The notes beneath the pieces are model-generated. The model was not told the origin of the DNA and ran no database searches. It saw only the letters and a list, made by a program, of their open reading frames with translations. Position numbers and translations under genes: made by a program. A stretch of 60,624 nt of DNA, filler included, from Sphacelaria rigidula (lineage: Eukaryota), in the NCBI GenBank assembly GCA_964200075.2. It is 3 parts of 3 records of this genome, joined end to end, with 100 filler letters (N's around TTAATTAATTAA, not from the genome) between each part and the next. Parts side by side here need not be neighbours in the genome. Positions count along the whole stretch, not along the records: positions 1 to 20,152 come from CAXNAA020000564.1; positions 20,253 to 40,396 come from CAXNAA020000565.1; 1 more part is not named here. One strand, written 5' to 3'. Each line of letters starts with the position of its first letter. The stretch's first letter is position 1. Shown piece by piece: positions 11,300 through 23,993 of this stretch.

Positions 11300-12750
11300 A
11301 CGGGATGATTGTACTACGTAGTATTTGAATCCCGTGACACCCATGATGAGGCAGTGTGTCACCCGTGGCTGTCTCTAGCAGTGGAGATACCAGAACATGA
11401 AGCAAGTCAATGAAGGCTGCCATCTACATGCAAAGTTATCAAAATGCTTTGGGCACTCATGTTTCCTCGAATTCCGGTCATTTTCGGCCCAGTGCTTTAT
11501 TCCGGGCGCGGACAGAAATTGAATTATGACGTACTCAGAGATGGTGAGGATACACTTGCTGAGGCAGCGCATTCTTCCTTCAAGAGTTCTCTCTCTTTTT
11601 TGTGGTCACACATGGTCGCCCCAGATTGATGAAGCAAGGTCGAACGTTTTGCTTTTGCTCGTAAATTCAACGCCTTAGTTCCAAAGGCGCTGATGCGGAC
11701 AGTCCACCCCATTGGCGAACGCGCGTAGCTTGTGCCAGGATCGTTGGGGGCTCGCGAAACCGGTGTGTGTACAGTGTCACCTGGTTACTCGTTGGTAGAA
11801 AAGTGTTCTGGGGTCACACATTTCCTCGTGAATCGCTGAAGTCGATCACATGTTGCGAACTTCTGCCTGCACTGCTGAATTGATCGCAAGTTGTAAATAC
11901 CAGCTCGGTCTGCTGTACGGCGCAGAACAATGACGAATGATCCCATGGGTGGGGTCTGTCTAACTTACGGGGTAAAACGCCGGCCGTTTGATTGATGATG
12001 CTGGTTCTTCGCACCTTGCACTGCATGTCGACGTTGAGCGTATGTCATGTTGGTCCTGGGGGGGCGGACAACAATCCCCAAGGTACATGGACTACTGCGC
12101 ACGTCCGAATCAGGGGTTATAGTGGATGTGAAGGAGGTTCAACGGATATCGACTGTGGGATACGCAACCACAGGGCACTATCCCTCATGCCCATAAGTTG
12201 AGGTCAAAAGTGACAAGAGACGCAGCTAATGACAGAGTGGTTGAGTTTTACAAAACACGCGCCAACAAAAATAATCACATTTTCATATTCCTGGTGGGAG
12301 TCGGAAAATACGATTATCGTACGATTCATGACCTTTATTCCCGGCAATGAGAAATGATCCCGATGGAGCCACATGTGGTAATGCAGACACGGATTTTGCA
12401 TGTGTGCCTTCAGTGGGACTGGACCACGTGCTTCAGAATATCATGTTGCACATCTCGCATCTGCGGCGGAACCGGGGTGGAGCTGCGCGTTCTGCAATTA
12501 GTAGGGAAGATGCGAGTGAGGCATACCGACGAGTGCCTATGGATTCTGCCGGTGATCTTGTTTCAGCTATGCTGTGGATGATGCGGTGGTGTCTGAAATC
12601 CGGCTGCGGTCTTGATGGTGGAGTGGATTGGATCTCTGGCCTGGCCATCGGGGGCCTCTGCGCGTGAATATTCACCTCATCACACGAATTTTCGCGGTGC
12701 TCGAGCATCAAATGCCCGCCGATTGGCGTCATAAGGGGCCACGGTCACGA
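11300..12750 (-). pseudogene. Probable decayed hAT-family transposase remnant
   Basis: Ordered minus-strand fragments across frameshifts: HLMLEH (BED-like end), IHSIAETRSPAESI, LFCAVQQTELV / YLQLAIN (CxxH-region-like) and QRVTR*HCT (resembles the hAT TRW motif with TGG changed to TGA). Confidence 0.35.
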
Positions 12751-14320
12751 AACCATGTTAGTGGAGCATCGTACTGCTCCCTGTCACATGGGAAGCGATG
12801 TCGGAGACTGGCGGCCGAATCACCGATCTACGGTGAACATGCCACCGTAATAGAAAAGGACACATCATTCGTGAATCGACCACCATCCACGAAGTATTGC
12901 ACCGAATAGATTTGTCTATTGGACACTTGTCGGTGCGAACAGTGCTATAGGGGGTCGAAGCGTAGTCCCCCCGAAGTAGAAAATCAGTCACGGTTGCGGC
13001 GGCCAGTATCTTGGACGACACCATGCGCGGCAGAACATGTAGCGCCGCAGTTGGAAGCTGACGGCCGAGTATTGCCTTCAGGTCTCACTTCGAGGTGTAG
13101 TGAGCATGTGCTTCATCATGTTCAAAACGCTCTTCATCGTGCAGTTGGCAACGGGCAACTGAGGTTCGGCGTTCGGCAGTTCCGCATCAAGCGTCCCGCC
13201 GTATACAAATCACAACCCCTTCTTCTTTCATGCTCCTCACTCGACTGACCAACCGTCGACCTACACACCACGGCCGAAAAAGACGGAAAACTGCAGAACC
13301 ACGAGGTACCAACGAAGCGGACGGGACGAAGAAAGCAGAGAATACCTGAAGTAGTCAACTAGTGACTGCCGCAAGGCATACCCGTTCTTCATGTGTTGTG
13401 GTATACTACCACAGAACATCAGGCCTACGCTGTGAAAGTCAACCGAAACACGGCAGACGAAGCATGAAGCTCTGCACCGTGAGGTCACGCGTCGTTGACG
13501 TGATCAATTTCCGTCGACGCCTTCGAGGCGCCCTCGGCCCCCGTTATACCCCCACATTCCCCTGCAACTGTAAGGTGTAGGCATTCTTTGTTTATACGGA
13601 ACAAGCGTGCCTCGGGAAAACACGCTCCATAGAAACGTCAAGTAATTTCACACAGAGAGGCGAACAAGCATGCCCTGAACAGAAGATCATTTGCCAAAAT
13701 GTGTACTGCGCACAGCATTGACTGGTGCGTTCATCGCATAAAAATATATTCCATCCTGTACGCAGTACAATTTTTCCTAATGTAATCTCCCATTACTATC
13801 CAGGCTGTGCAAACAGGACACGGATGTTGTATCGGGGTTTGGGTCATTCGGGGGTATATCTCACCCGATGTTCATCAAGACAACACTTCGAAATTCGCTG
13901 GGCAATTTACAGCAGCTTTTGGTTTTCAGATAGAGACAAACTGCGGAAACCCTCCGCGAAGCGCGAAGCGGGCTACCCCTCCGTCGACACTCAATGTACG
14001 AACACGGACAAGCATGCGAAAGATCACAAGAACCGAGCGAACGCGACCACTGCAATGCGCAGCAGAGACAGAAGCGGCCGCTCGTGTCCCTGGCAGAAAG
14101 ATGACTCAGGGGCAAAGGCCGCCAGCAACTACTGGTCACAAGGCTAGTGTGCACCTGGCCTCCGATGATACATCTGCCGCACGCGCACTTTAGTGTACTG
14201 TACCGTACGCTCGTCTTTGACCATCACCCCCCAAGACACCTGTTGTTGCCATGGCTTTGAGCTGGGAGATTCGTCTGTCTGTGAAGTGATAGCCACAGAT
14301 GGGCATATCAATACTGTACG

Positions 14321-14358
14321 GCGCGGTGCGGTGCGGTGCGGTGCGGTGCGGTGCGGTG
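14321..14358 (+). repeat. (GCGGT)n pentanucleotide microsatellite
   Basis: gcgcggtgcggtgcggtgcggtgcggtgcggtgcggtg seen directly. Confidence 0.95.
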
Positions 14359-14760
14359 CTATGCTGCGCTGCGCCTCGCTACCTATCTCTCCGTACTGTA
14401 CAGTATTGTTTCTTCTCTAGGGCGCGGGTTTCATTTGAAACGGTCCTAGGTCCGAAGCTCCTAAGGGCAGGGCGGCGCGTGCACTGCCCCAAGTTGATAC
14501 GAGCTGGGCCAGCCTAAAAACGGATTTAAGCTCTGAAAGCAATATCTCATCGACACAGACGAGTTGGGCCGTGATCCGCATATCTTATTAATCGTCTTAT
14601 CAAGGGCGCCTAGCTACCTCTCTCTGTACTGTACATTGCCGTCCCTTCGCAACGAGACCTTTCAGGGATTGTTTTATATTCTCTAGTGTGTAGGTTCCAT
14701 TGAAACGGTTATGTTTACAGCGTGAAATGTCTTGAGATGAAAGGGACACGCATCCTCGGA

Positions 14761-14801
14761 AGAGAGGTGTCCACATCAGCACGGAAAGCTGGAGCTACAG
14801 A
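14761..14801 (+). repeat. Short dispersed repeat, related copy at 18440-18480
   Basis: agagaggtgtccacatcagcacggaaagctggagctacaga versus agagagggctccacatcagcacggataactggcgctacaga. Confidence 0.6.
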
Positions 14802-17800
14802 CAAGACCGGTCGCTGCGGCGCTCGGATAGCAAGGGATTCATGTTACGATGCACGGAGAAAGCGCTTGATATCCGAGACATTCATCATCCCACGCAAAAT
14901 TTGACGAAATTGACTCTGTCTACTGAGAGCTGGCCGGGCTGGACTGACTGTACGACGTGAATCACACCTGGGCAGGGCTGGAATTCCCGCTGTCATTAAA
15001 AAAAAAAGTGACGAGTGCTCTCGATCCCACTTTTAGAGCGTATCAAATGGAAAGAACTCCACGAAAAGACCCATTAGGTGCATGTCGGAAAAGGCTCAAG
15101 ATATCCACGTGGGAGCCCGCCCAACAAACTTCGCGGCTTGATTCTGATTCTCCGGACTAGAAGACACCAACAACCGCCCCCGTAGTGGTCGGTCTGTCGT
15201 GATGTCGCCCATGCAATCCCTGGTACAGTCTGTGAGATGACAACGTCTCCTTCCCTAACGGCTTCACGATGGTCCTTGGCATAAAACATTGTTTCGACTA
15301 GGCTGTACAGCCACATATTGCCCGAAACGGGGTAAAAAATTCGGGGCAAGCAGCCTCAACGATATTACGAAGCCTGACTGGTGATCGTTTTCTGTGTTTC
15401 TGCGAGCGTAACGTCAACTGACACGTGGTCCAGCCTGAACAACTAGTCTGGCCGCTGCCTCCGCGTTGATATCATGCCCTTCATATTTCTCGTTCAAAAG
15501 TGAAAACGCTTCCAAGCGTAGAGGCAGCATGGTGGATAATTATCATTTCAACCCACGCACGCAGCATACAAACAGCGTTGGGCCGCAGATACTACTCAGG
15601 CAAAGCTACCTGCAGCCTCAACCTATACATACTCAAAGTTTCAGTGTTATCAGACGCCAAGTGCGCTGTGTTTGAACGCCCATCCTTCCGAAACAGCGCC
15701 TCTACACTACTGATAACGGAACAACACTGTGTATGATAATGGTGTAGTACTGACCGTGACTGGTAAGGTAGGCTGGAATGAATACACTCTCTTGAGACTT
15801 CTGAATAGGCGTGATTAGTGATGATTACGTGTGCCCCTCTCTGCACTAACGACCAGCCAGCAAGACGCCCTTTAGGTCGTTCATGAGGCCGGAGCCCAAG
15901 GAGGTGAACACCATCACCCCCAACTCTTCCTACGGTACCATCCCCGAGGCTACTGCACCTACGTCTCTCCGGCACGTTGAAACACTCCGATACCTAACTT
16001 GTGTGCGTTTGACACGTTGTCATACGCGTTCTTGTCTTGGTTTAAGTTTGGACGCATGTTTAGCAAGATATCAGGCACATACAGCGTGGTTGCGGTGCTG
16101 TCACGGGAATCGTACGCTTGGTGTTCCGGAATAATCTTGATTTCGAATTGGATGGCGCGGGTGCAGGGTATACAATACCCTGTAAGGTTCAATAGGTACC
16201 TTTTGTAGATACTTCGCAATAGGGATTGAATTGGATACTCTACAAAGTACACTTTTTTCTGCTGATTTTCTAGCCTAGGGTGTGACATATCACACCACTC
16301 ACTTGATCGGATGGAACTTTCTACACGTCGGACATATCACGATCCATCTCAAATTCCTTGTTCTTAGTATATTGATCCCGATCATGATCCGCATCATTTG
16401 CCCCCCTCTGTCCATGCTTGCTCCTAACAGCGCCGGACGCCGAGCACGGCCAGTAGCGCTGACGTTGCGCCTTAGCTGTTCTGCACCACGGCTACATATT
16501 CTATGTTTTCGGAGCAACGGGTTCGAGAGTCTTTTTCGATCAGTTGTTTCAGACAAATCATGATCTGTCCGACGTGTCAAAGCTTCCACGAAATTTCATT
16601 ACTTGATTTTAGTGTGTACACTGACCTTCTGATCTCCGGTGGGGCCGATAGTCCCACGTGCTCCTATCGTAGCGTGAGCAGAACGCGTTTCTGTCCAAGC
16701 CAGCCAACTCACACTTTGCCTAGAGCACCCTCTGCACTCTCCTTGCCCGAGGATTCACGGTATGCCTGTGGTTAGGGTCAGAATCAGCGTTATTTCAAGT
16801 CGAAAAGTTTCGAAGGAAGTTCTTCAAAGAGCGATCCAACCAAGTGACGATATGACCTCATAACCGTTGCATGCGACCCCCCTCAGATGGACTCAGAGAG
16901 AACACGCGACATTTAGGGTTCAAAAAGCTGTTTCTTCACTAAACAAAGTCCCTCTAATAACAAATGGATGTTGGGCAAATATACATAAAAGGTGGTCACG
17001 GAAAACCTCTGACAGGGTTTGAGTTCGCCGTAGAGTACACGCAGGGTTACCATGTACATCGTCGCTGAGCAGTTTCCAGTTTTCGCGGCCACATGCTTCT
17101 TATGGTTCACGAGCGGCGCACGCTGGCAATCGCCACTGACTCGAAATATGCAACCAACATACATCCTGTGCTATCATCCATGCTTTCGCAGCAATCCTGG
17201 TACTGTCAGTGCAGGGCTGCCATACCTTGAGCGTATGTTGATCATTCACGCATGTCACATCTTCTCAACTGCCCCCCCCCCCCCTGTTTTACTGTCTGTG
17301 CTGCTGCGACTACGCCGTACATACATGATGCGAACTCGTTCCCATCAGCGGCTGAAAACGTACAACGGTATGAAACAGTCAGCGTGCCCAGGCAAGGCTG
17401 GCACACCTCGAGCATATCTTGATCTTACACGCATGCCTCATCGTCTCATTTGGACGTGCATCTTATTCCGCTGTCTTTGTACTACTGCAGCTGCAGCTGA
17501 TGCTGCTACTCTAGTGAGATAAAAGCCGACCAACACAGGCCCGAACGGCGTTACACATGTTCGTTGGATATTTGTGAGCTCTTGCACACATACAGTCGCG
17601 TCCTGGCTTCATCGTCGGATCTTCCGGGTCTGCGGGCCAACCAGCAGGGGGCTCCTTCGTTGTTTCTGGCCTTTTGGCGGGGTGTATTTCACAATGGGTA
17701 TGGTTGTGACTGTTAAGCGTATCTTCTGCGTAGCCGGGGGGGGTACTGTCACCACTTGCACGAAAAAAAGTGAAAAAGGGCATGCACTGAGCATTATAAG

Positions 17801-20152
17801 GGCCCACACGTGAACGGACGGGGGCAAGGATATCTTCTAGCAGAGAGCAGGGTGTACCCTCCTGGTTTGTTCACCAGGGTACTCTCGTGGGCCGTGCTCT
17901 TCCGCGTCGTAGTTTAGCCAACAGTACGCGTCAGCACTAAAGAAACTCCTATTTTGGCGAAGGCTCGCGTCTTTCTTTCCAATTTCAACACAATGCTCAA
18001 ACCCAATTCATCATCAAGTTCAGCACAAATGACTACAGCTCTTATTCCCTCATGGAGTGTCACACAAAATCCTAACTGACAATCGCTATGATACTAGAGG
18101 TTTCGGCATCAAATCCTCGACTGCCCGCTTCTCAAGTACTGACGCGTACTGTAGTACGATGTGTGATAATTGATAAAAATGGTCGGGCGTACTGCCCAGA
18201 CACCTTGTGCGTGGGGCTGAGGAGCCGGAACGTTTTTCGAGGGGTTCAGCCTGCGTGGCAGCGCCGCGCCCCATACCGAAAAATGCGTCACCCTTTCCTG
18301 TTCCAAAACAGTGTTATTCCTTTTCAATATTATCGAGGGATTTTTGTGGCGTTTAATTAATTATCCATGGAAAAAACACATCGAGACGGTCATGCTCCAA
18401 GGCGTCTAATATGGTGCGAAGAGAGCAATTATTTTTGGGAGAGAGGGCTCCACATCAGCACGGATAACTGGCGCTACAGAGGTTGGGACGCGCGAATCTC
18501 GGGCGCATGAGCAAGAAGGTATGATACCGCGTACTTGGGAATAATTGTTTGTCCGATATGTGTACGCGTCATGTTAAGCAGGACAAGTCTGTGAAGCGAT
18601 CACCTGCTGTTGGCGTGTACTTGCTGCGTATCGTCTGTTGAAGGCCAGGGCGTTGAGTGTGCAGTGTGGGAAGGAGTTGGCATGTACAAGGAAGCTGCAG
18701 CGTGTTCGCTGCGGTGCGGCGCGCAGTGCCATGCAACGGCGCATATCGCCATGTTACAGTAGTTCATGTCCACAATGCACTCGTGATTTCCGGCCTAAAG
18801 CGCACATGGGTCCCTCATGTTGCGCATGCCAGTTTTGACACTGCAGTACAATCCAATCTTAAGGCTTTGCAAATAACACCCCCTCGGAGCGTATGCGGTG
18901 GTGCTCATGTGACGTAGGGTCAGGTATCGCAAACCCGACGCCATAATCTGTAGCGCGGTCTGTGCTCTAGTGACAGCGACCTTTGATTCCTGCTGCACGT
19001 GTCACGCGGGAACGTTCGGCGCCGTGCGGCGTCCAATTTTTGGCGGTGCAGTTCAGATGTGTTGAGAGGTGCTCTTCAAGGAGAAGAGGATGCAGTCCGG
19101 CACTCGCACCGCGATGACCGCGGCACGAGAGAGTTGCACACGAATATACATTGTTCGATTAACGTGTACGATTCTATCACTGTGCAGGGCGAGGACGTCT
19201 CCCTGAGCGCAGCACCAGCGTCAGTGTAACTCTGCGTGACCTCTGCAGCTGCAAGTCGGAAAATTTCCAATTCCATACGGCGATCAACACCCCTATGATA
19301 AATGTTCAAAGAATTACGGGCGGGATAGTCCCGACATATAGACATAAACGCTTCTGTCCTGCGACCGAGCATCGTCCTTCCCAACAAGCACGCATTTCTC
19401 TGCATATCAGCGGGCGCAATCTGTCGTGGGTGTGAACAAAGTACGAAAAGACGAGTCCGACTGTTGGGGTTCCCGCCTACGATGCCGTCGATCATTTTCG
19501 GTTCAGCAGCCGTGACCGCGCGGGTGTGCCGCTATGACAAGGCGGGCCGGGTTTAGAGGAGATCGTGCTTACCAAAATACGCCATTCGCCTTCCGTACTT
19601 TATTCCACCGTTGGCGCCTCAACCCATGTGACGGCAGGGTTGCATTTCGGTGTAAGTAGAACACGAGTTTGATAGGATCCATGAATGAATTTCACCATGG
19701 AGATTTGCATGACACCCCGCAACATGAACCGTTCGCACCCGCTCCGATTCGTGAAAGTACGGCTGTAGCTTCACCATTGGTGTCTGAACAGGTGTTATGG
19801 CATGGAACCATTTCGGTCCAAATAGAACTTGATTTTGATTGAATGCATGATGGAATTCCACGCTGGAGGTTTGCATGGTAAGACGGGATTTTACAAATTT
19901 GGAATGGATGTTTTATTGGAGATGAGAACCCGGAGAATTGAAGTATTCGTACCAACACCGGATCTTCTAATCACGATTCCATGTCTTCACTTGCTGGTAG
20001 CACTTGACAAGTACTACACGCCGAACAAATTTGGATCTCGATAACCGGAATGTCGGGGTCCAAGATTATCAATATTGGGGGACTTGAGGTGTACGATCGA
20101 ACGCCAACATTGTTTTTCACCTAGGATCCCGATATTTCGGTTATTGCAATCC

Positions 20153-20252
20153 NNNNNNNNNNNNNNNNNNNNNNNNNNNNNNNNNNNNNNNNNNNNTTAA
20201 TTAATTAANNNNNNNNNNNNNNNNNNNNNNNNNNNNNNNNNNNNNNNNNNNN
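20153..20252. other. Scaffold gap with TTAATTAATTAA filler
   Basis: N-run, TTAATTAATTAA, N-run. The same structure occurs at 40397-40496, so it is an assembly spacer. Confidence 0.95.
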
Positions 20253-21186
20253 GCCGCGAATCCCACCGCCGTCCACTTCTTCTTTTTGAGTGGGAGGCGG
20301 CCACAGTCGCGGTTTTTTTTTTTCGGATCTGTATTTCGCATTGCAGTATTTCTCTGCTCCTTTTGTGATCAGCGGAGCATCACCTTCTTGCTCCTTGCAT
20401 GTTTCTTACCGTACCATGAATGTTTAGTAGGGACAGGAGGATAGACCCCGTCTGGCGATGAAATTATGATGATTTCACGGTTCACGACATCATCGCGAAA
20501 TATTGCCCGCCATTCCTATCGAAAACCGAACAAAATGATGAGGGTATAATGAACTGGAAACAACGCACGACCCGAGCAGGTATTGCCCCCGGGGCGGCGA
20601 TCACGCGCAAGTTGCTTCGGCATAGTCGTACGGTTGGAACGCCTACCGTCTCTTGCGCAAGGAAAAGCAGCAGCAGCAGTGTCGGTACAGGCTGAATCAG
20701 TCCCCATCAGCTGGTGGTCCAGCTGCTGCTACTACTACCTGTCTAGCTCGTCAGACGTATCTGCACTTCGACCGTGAGACGACGCCAATGCATCTTGCGC
20801 GTGATTGCCGCTCTGCCGGGAATTCCTGTCCGTACCACCCGCCGATGGGTCCATGCTTGCTTACTCAGCGAAGTGCCGAGAGATGAAAGCAATGCGTGTT
20901 TCTCCTTTCTCCCGTGCACCTCGGATTTCTTGTCCTACGGATGATGAAGACTCGAACAGCCCACGCGTGATAACCATTATGCAAGTGGTCGGTATCATAT
21001 CACAACTCGTGATTTCTTAAAGACTCTCTGCAGGGTTGCTCATCAATTTGGGGGGGGGCGATTTGATATTTGATTTTTTCTTCCAAAGCGCCTTTATATT
21101 CAGTCATGATTAGTTGATATCACCTAATCAACACCACGTCAATCAATCATTGATCATGATCAGCTGATTTTTTCGGTAGCATTCAA

Positions 21187-22390
21187 CCCTTTTGGGACGG
21201 GGCCTCCAGAACGACCAGTGAAGCTGGTTAGGAATGACGTGTCTAGAGTCTGCATGAAAAAGTGGCTTCATGTTGCTGAAAACCCACGAATGTAAGCGCA
21301 GGGTTAGGAAGACCGAAAGTTTCATCCAATCTATTCTCAGGTGCAGGTACATACTGTAGTTCGGGTGGGGTGCGCATTAGGTGATGACGTACATCTGATG
21401 TAGCAAGCAGTAAGGGTCGCCGTAGAGAGCTTCCAACAGGATGTGGCGACCGGCAGGCCGCACGCCACTTGTGGCTTTGGATTGTTTTGTCTCCATCACC
21501 TTGCCACACAGCCCTTTGCGGTCGGGGTGGGCCGCGATTTTCCTCTTCGAAGGGCATGGGCGTTGCAGCGCACTTCACGTCAGTGCAGTACCCCTTTCCC
21601 ACTGCAGCAACAGCTGCCGCTGCATACTCCCCTACACGTTCTGGGCAGTTCTCAGCTACGGAGATCAGCTGCCTATGCACGGCTTGTTCGTCCCCGCCCC
21701 ATACATACATGTTTACTACACACTGCAAGGCATCGGCAGAGGGATAGGCGGAACTCATTACTGTAGCTCCTTCTCTCGTTTCATGGCCCAGCTGGGTTTA
21801 GTCCCTTCGTGAAAATGACTACAATGTGGGATGTACACTTTTTGCCAACTTTTCCTTCCCAATCATGTGTTGATGTAATTACTACGTTTTAGTATGGACA
21901 CGCGACCCAAAAACAACAGACGCGAAATCACGGGAGCGCTAAACTGAAGGTAAGTACAACGATAAATCGTTTCCCGACCATCCGGCCTTTGAATACCTGG
22001 GAAGGCGTTATATCTGGGCCAGGGACAAAGCCTCCACGCGATCTTGGCAGTGACATCAAATTCGGTGACAATCCCGCACTGATCGTTCGGGTCTTGTTGT
22101 TGTCTTCACCTTAAAAAGTCGTTCCGGTCTCTGCGCAGTGCTGTACTGGGCATCTAACTTGGACGTCTTCCGTGGTCACAGGCTACCACCCCATGTTAGG
22201 CTAAAAGGAAAAGGGAAAATCAGGACAAAAAATCGGACCCACGGAAAATTCACACAGACGCGATACAAGAACGGGTCTGCACAATGAATTTCGCCTCGCC
22301 GTGATTGGGCAGTTCGCTCCCTGACTTTCTTTATTATTTTATCAACACATGGTCAACCCCGTGTCGGTTGGGGAGTCGGTCCCAAAAGGG
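21187..22390. mobile_element. Non-autonomous TIR element, piggyBac-like (1204 bp)
   Basis: Perfect 12-bp terminal inverted repeats CCCTTTTGGGAC (21187-21198) and GTCCCAAAAGGG (22379-22390), flanked by TCAA on the left and TTAA on the right. A diverged second copy starts at 39340. Confidence 0.75.
21243..21758 (-). CDS. Small ORF of unknown function carried inside the TIR element (possibly decaying)
   Basis: 171-aa ORF. Its N-terminal ~55 aa are conserved in the second copy, which has an ATG at the equivalent position (39923) and several synonymous differences. Confidence 0.35.
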   Translation of the reverse strand: MSSAYPSADALQCVVNMYVWGGDEQAVHRQLISVAENCPERVGEYAAAAVAAVGKGYCTDVKCAATPMPFEEENRGPPRPQRAVWQGDGDKTIQSHKWRAACRSPHPVGSSLRRPLLLATSDVRHHLMRTPPELQYVPAPENRLDETFGLPNPALTFVGFQQHEATFSCRL

Positions 22391-23042
22391 TTAACAGGTT
22401 AATGAGCAACCCTAATGCTGTAGGGGGTTTCGGAAAATGTCTCTAGTACACGTGAAGCCATCTCACACTAGCTTCCGCTTTGAACTGTTCCAGTGTCCAC
22501 TCTGAAGTTTTTCTACTACGGCTCTGAAATGATTTAGACTTTTGACGAAACTCTCTATTACGTAATATGTGAGACGACCTCGTATGATGTTACTTGAAGA
22601 AAACTCCTCCCCCGGGAAGGTAACTGAAGGCCATAGTGGTAGCGCTATGGGCGAAAATGTGTAGTGACTGATCAGCGCCCGTCAAATTGTTCCGAGATCG
22701 AAGTCACGAATTCCACGCCCAATTTTCACCCAATCTCCACATGCTTCGTTTTTTAGTAACTGCCATCGGCCCGGGAATCTAACGGAAAAAACATATTATA
22801 CAACGGTTACTACGGGGGTCGAATAATACCCGAAACCGTTATAGATCGGTGATGTCGGGTGTTGGCGTCGTCTGATTTTCACCAATGATACGCACGGAAG
22901 ACCCAGGGAGCCTCGTGACGGCGTCCCCTATATCTGTTGTAGAAAAGCTCCGATCGCCCTCAAACTTGGCACTTCGGTAGGTATTGATGCTCCAAACGGA
23001 AAAATCGTATCCTTGACATTGTTCGATGGTTTCTCCGTTCTC

Positions 23043-23088
23043 TACCGGCTTCCGGGGGTCTCAGTATGAAGACCCCCGAAAGGCGGTA
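23043..23088. repeat. Palindrome / stem-loop, 19-bp arms with 8-nt loop
   Basis: taccggcttccgggggtct-cagtatga-agacccccgaaaggcggta; the arms are reverse complements with 2 mismatches. Confidence 0.85.
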
Positions 23089-23294
23089 CAAAATGCCCTA
23101 CATAAAGAATAATAAATTACTGCGTCCCGGGATAGTCCAAGGAACACATGTACAAAGTTTGATGGAGAAACTCGAAAACATCATGCAGTTTCTCTTGCCT
23201 TTACGTAAATTGCACTCCATAGGATGTTTACATACTGAGACCAAGTAGTTCGAAGTTGCACGTTTCAAGCCCACGTCCTCCACAAACGCGCAAA

Positions 23295-23960
23295 CCTTCA
23301 CGCCGTTATCAGGAGTTAGATCCTGAAACTTTGCACAAATATGCCATGTATCATAACGTAACTGTCTATGGACGACGTTGTTTAACTTTTCGAGGTTTTC
23401 AGCGTTTTTCGGGGTCCGACGGGATCCAAGCCGGTTTTCGGAGTAGTCTCCGTTCTGGGACCCCTGAAAACCGGGACTACGATATTTTTTCCGCATTTAT
23501 TCGTGAACAACCTGTCGCCGCATAACCCAAGGGAGGGCTCCACAAAATTTCGTCGCAAAACTCGATTAACTGGTACTTGAATTTTCATGTTCACGTCGAA
23601 GAAGGCCCAAAAATGCCGTTACCCTACTAAAATCAAGTAGTTTGCGGTTTCACCGCGGCACGTCAAAATTCATGGCACAAAAGCGAAAAACCTCACGCCG
23701 TTTCAAGGAGTTGCACCCTGAATTTTCCCACAACTGTGCTATGGATCATTAAGCAACCCTGGATGAACGAGGTTTCTTTCTTTTCTTCTTTGCCGTTTCA
23801 CGGGGGTCTGACTGGATCGATGTTTCCCGAAAAAAACTGGGACCCCCGAAAATCGGTGGAAAAAGTAAAAAGGTAAACTCGACCGTCTACAGTTGCGTAA
23901 TGTCACATAGAACATCTGTGCAAAAGTTCAGGGTCTAACTGCTTAAAACGGCATGAGGCT
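23295..23960. mobile_element. MITE-like repeat region with a recurring ~50-bp motif in direct and inverted orientation
   Basis: cacgccgttatcaggagttagatcctgaaactttgcacaaat (~23300), cacgccgtttcaaggagttgcaccctgaattttcccacaact (~23694), and an inverted copy at ~23905-23955. Confidence 0.55.
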
Positions 23961-23993
23961 TTGCCGATGAGTGTTTTTCGGGTGACAAGCCTG

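Noticed and set aside
20197-20208. TTAATTAATTAA palindromic island between N runs (also 40441-40452)
   Set aside because: Identical in both gaps and gives stops in all six frames, so it is an artificial scaffolding spacer.
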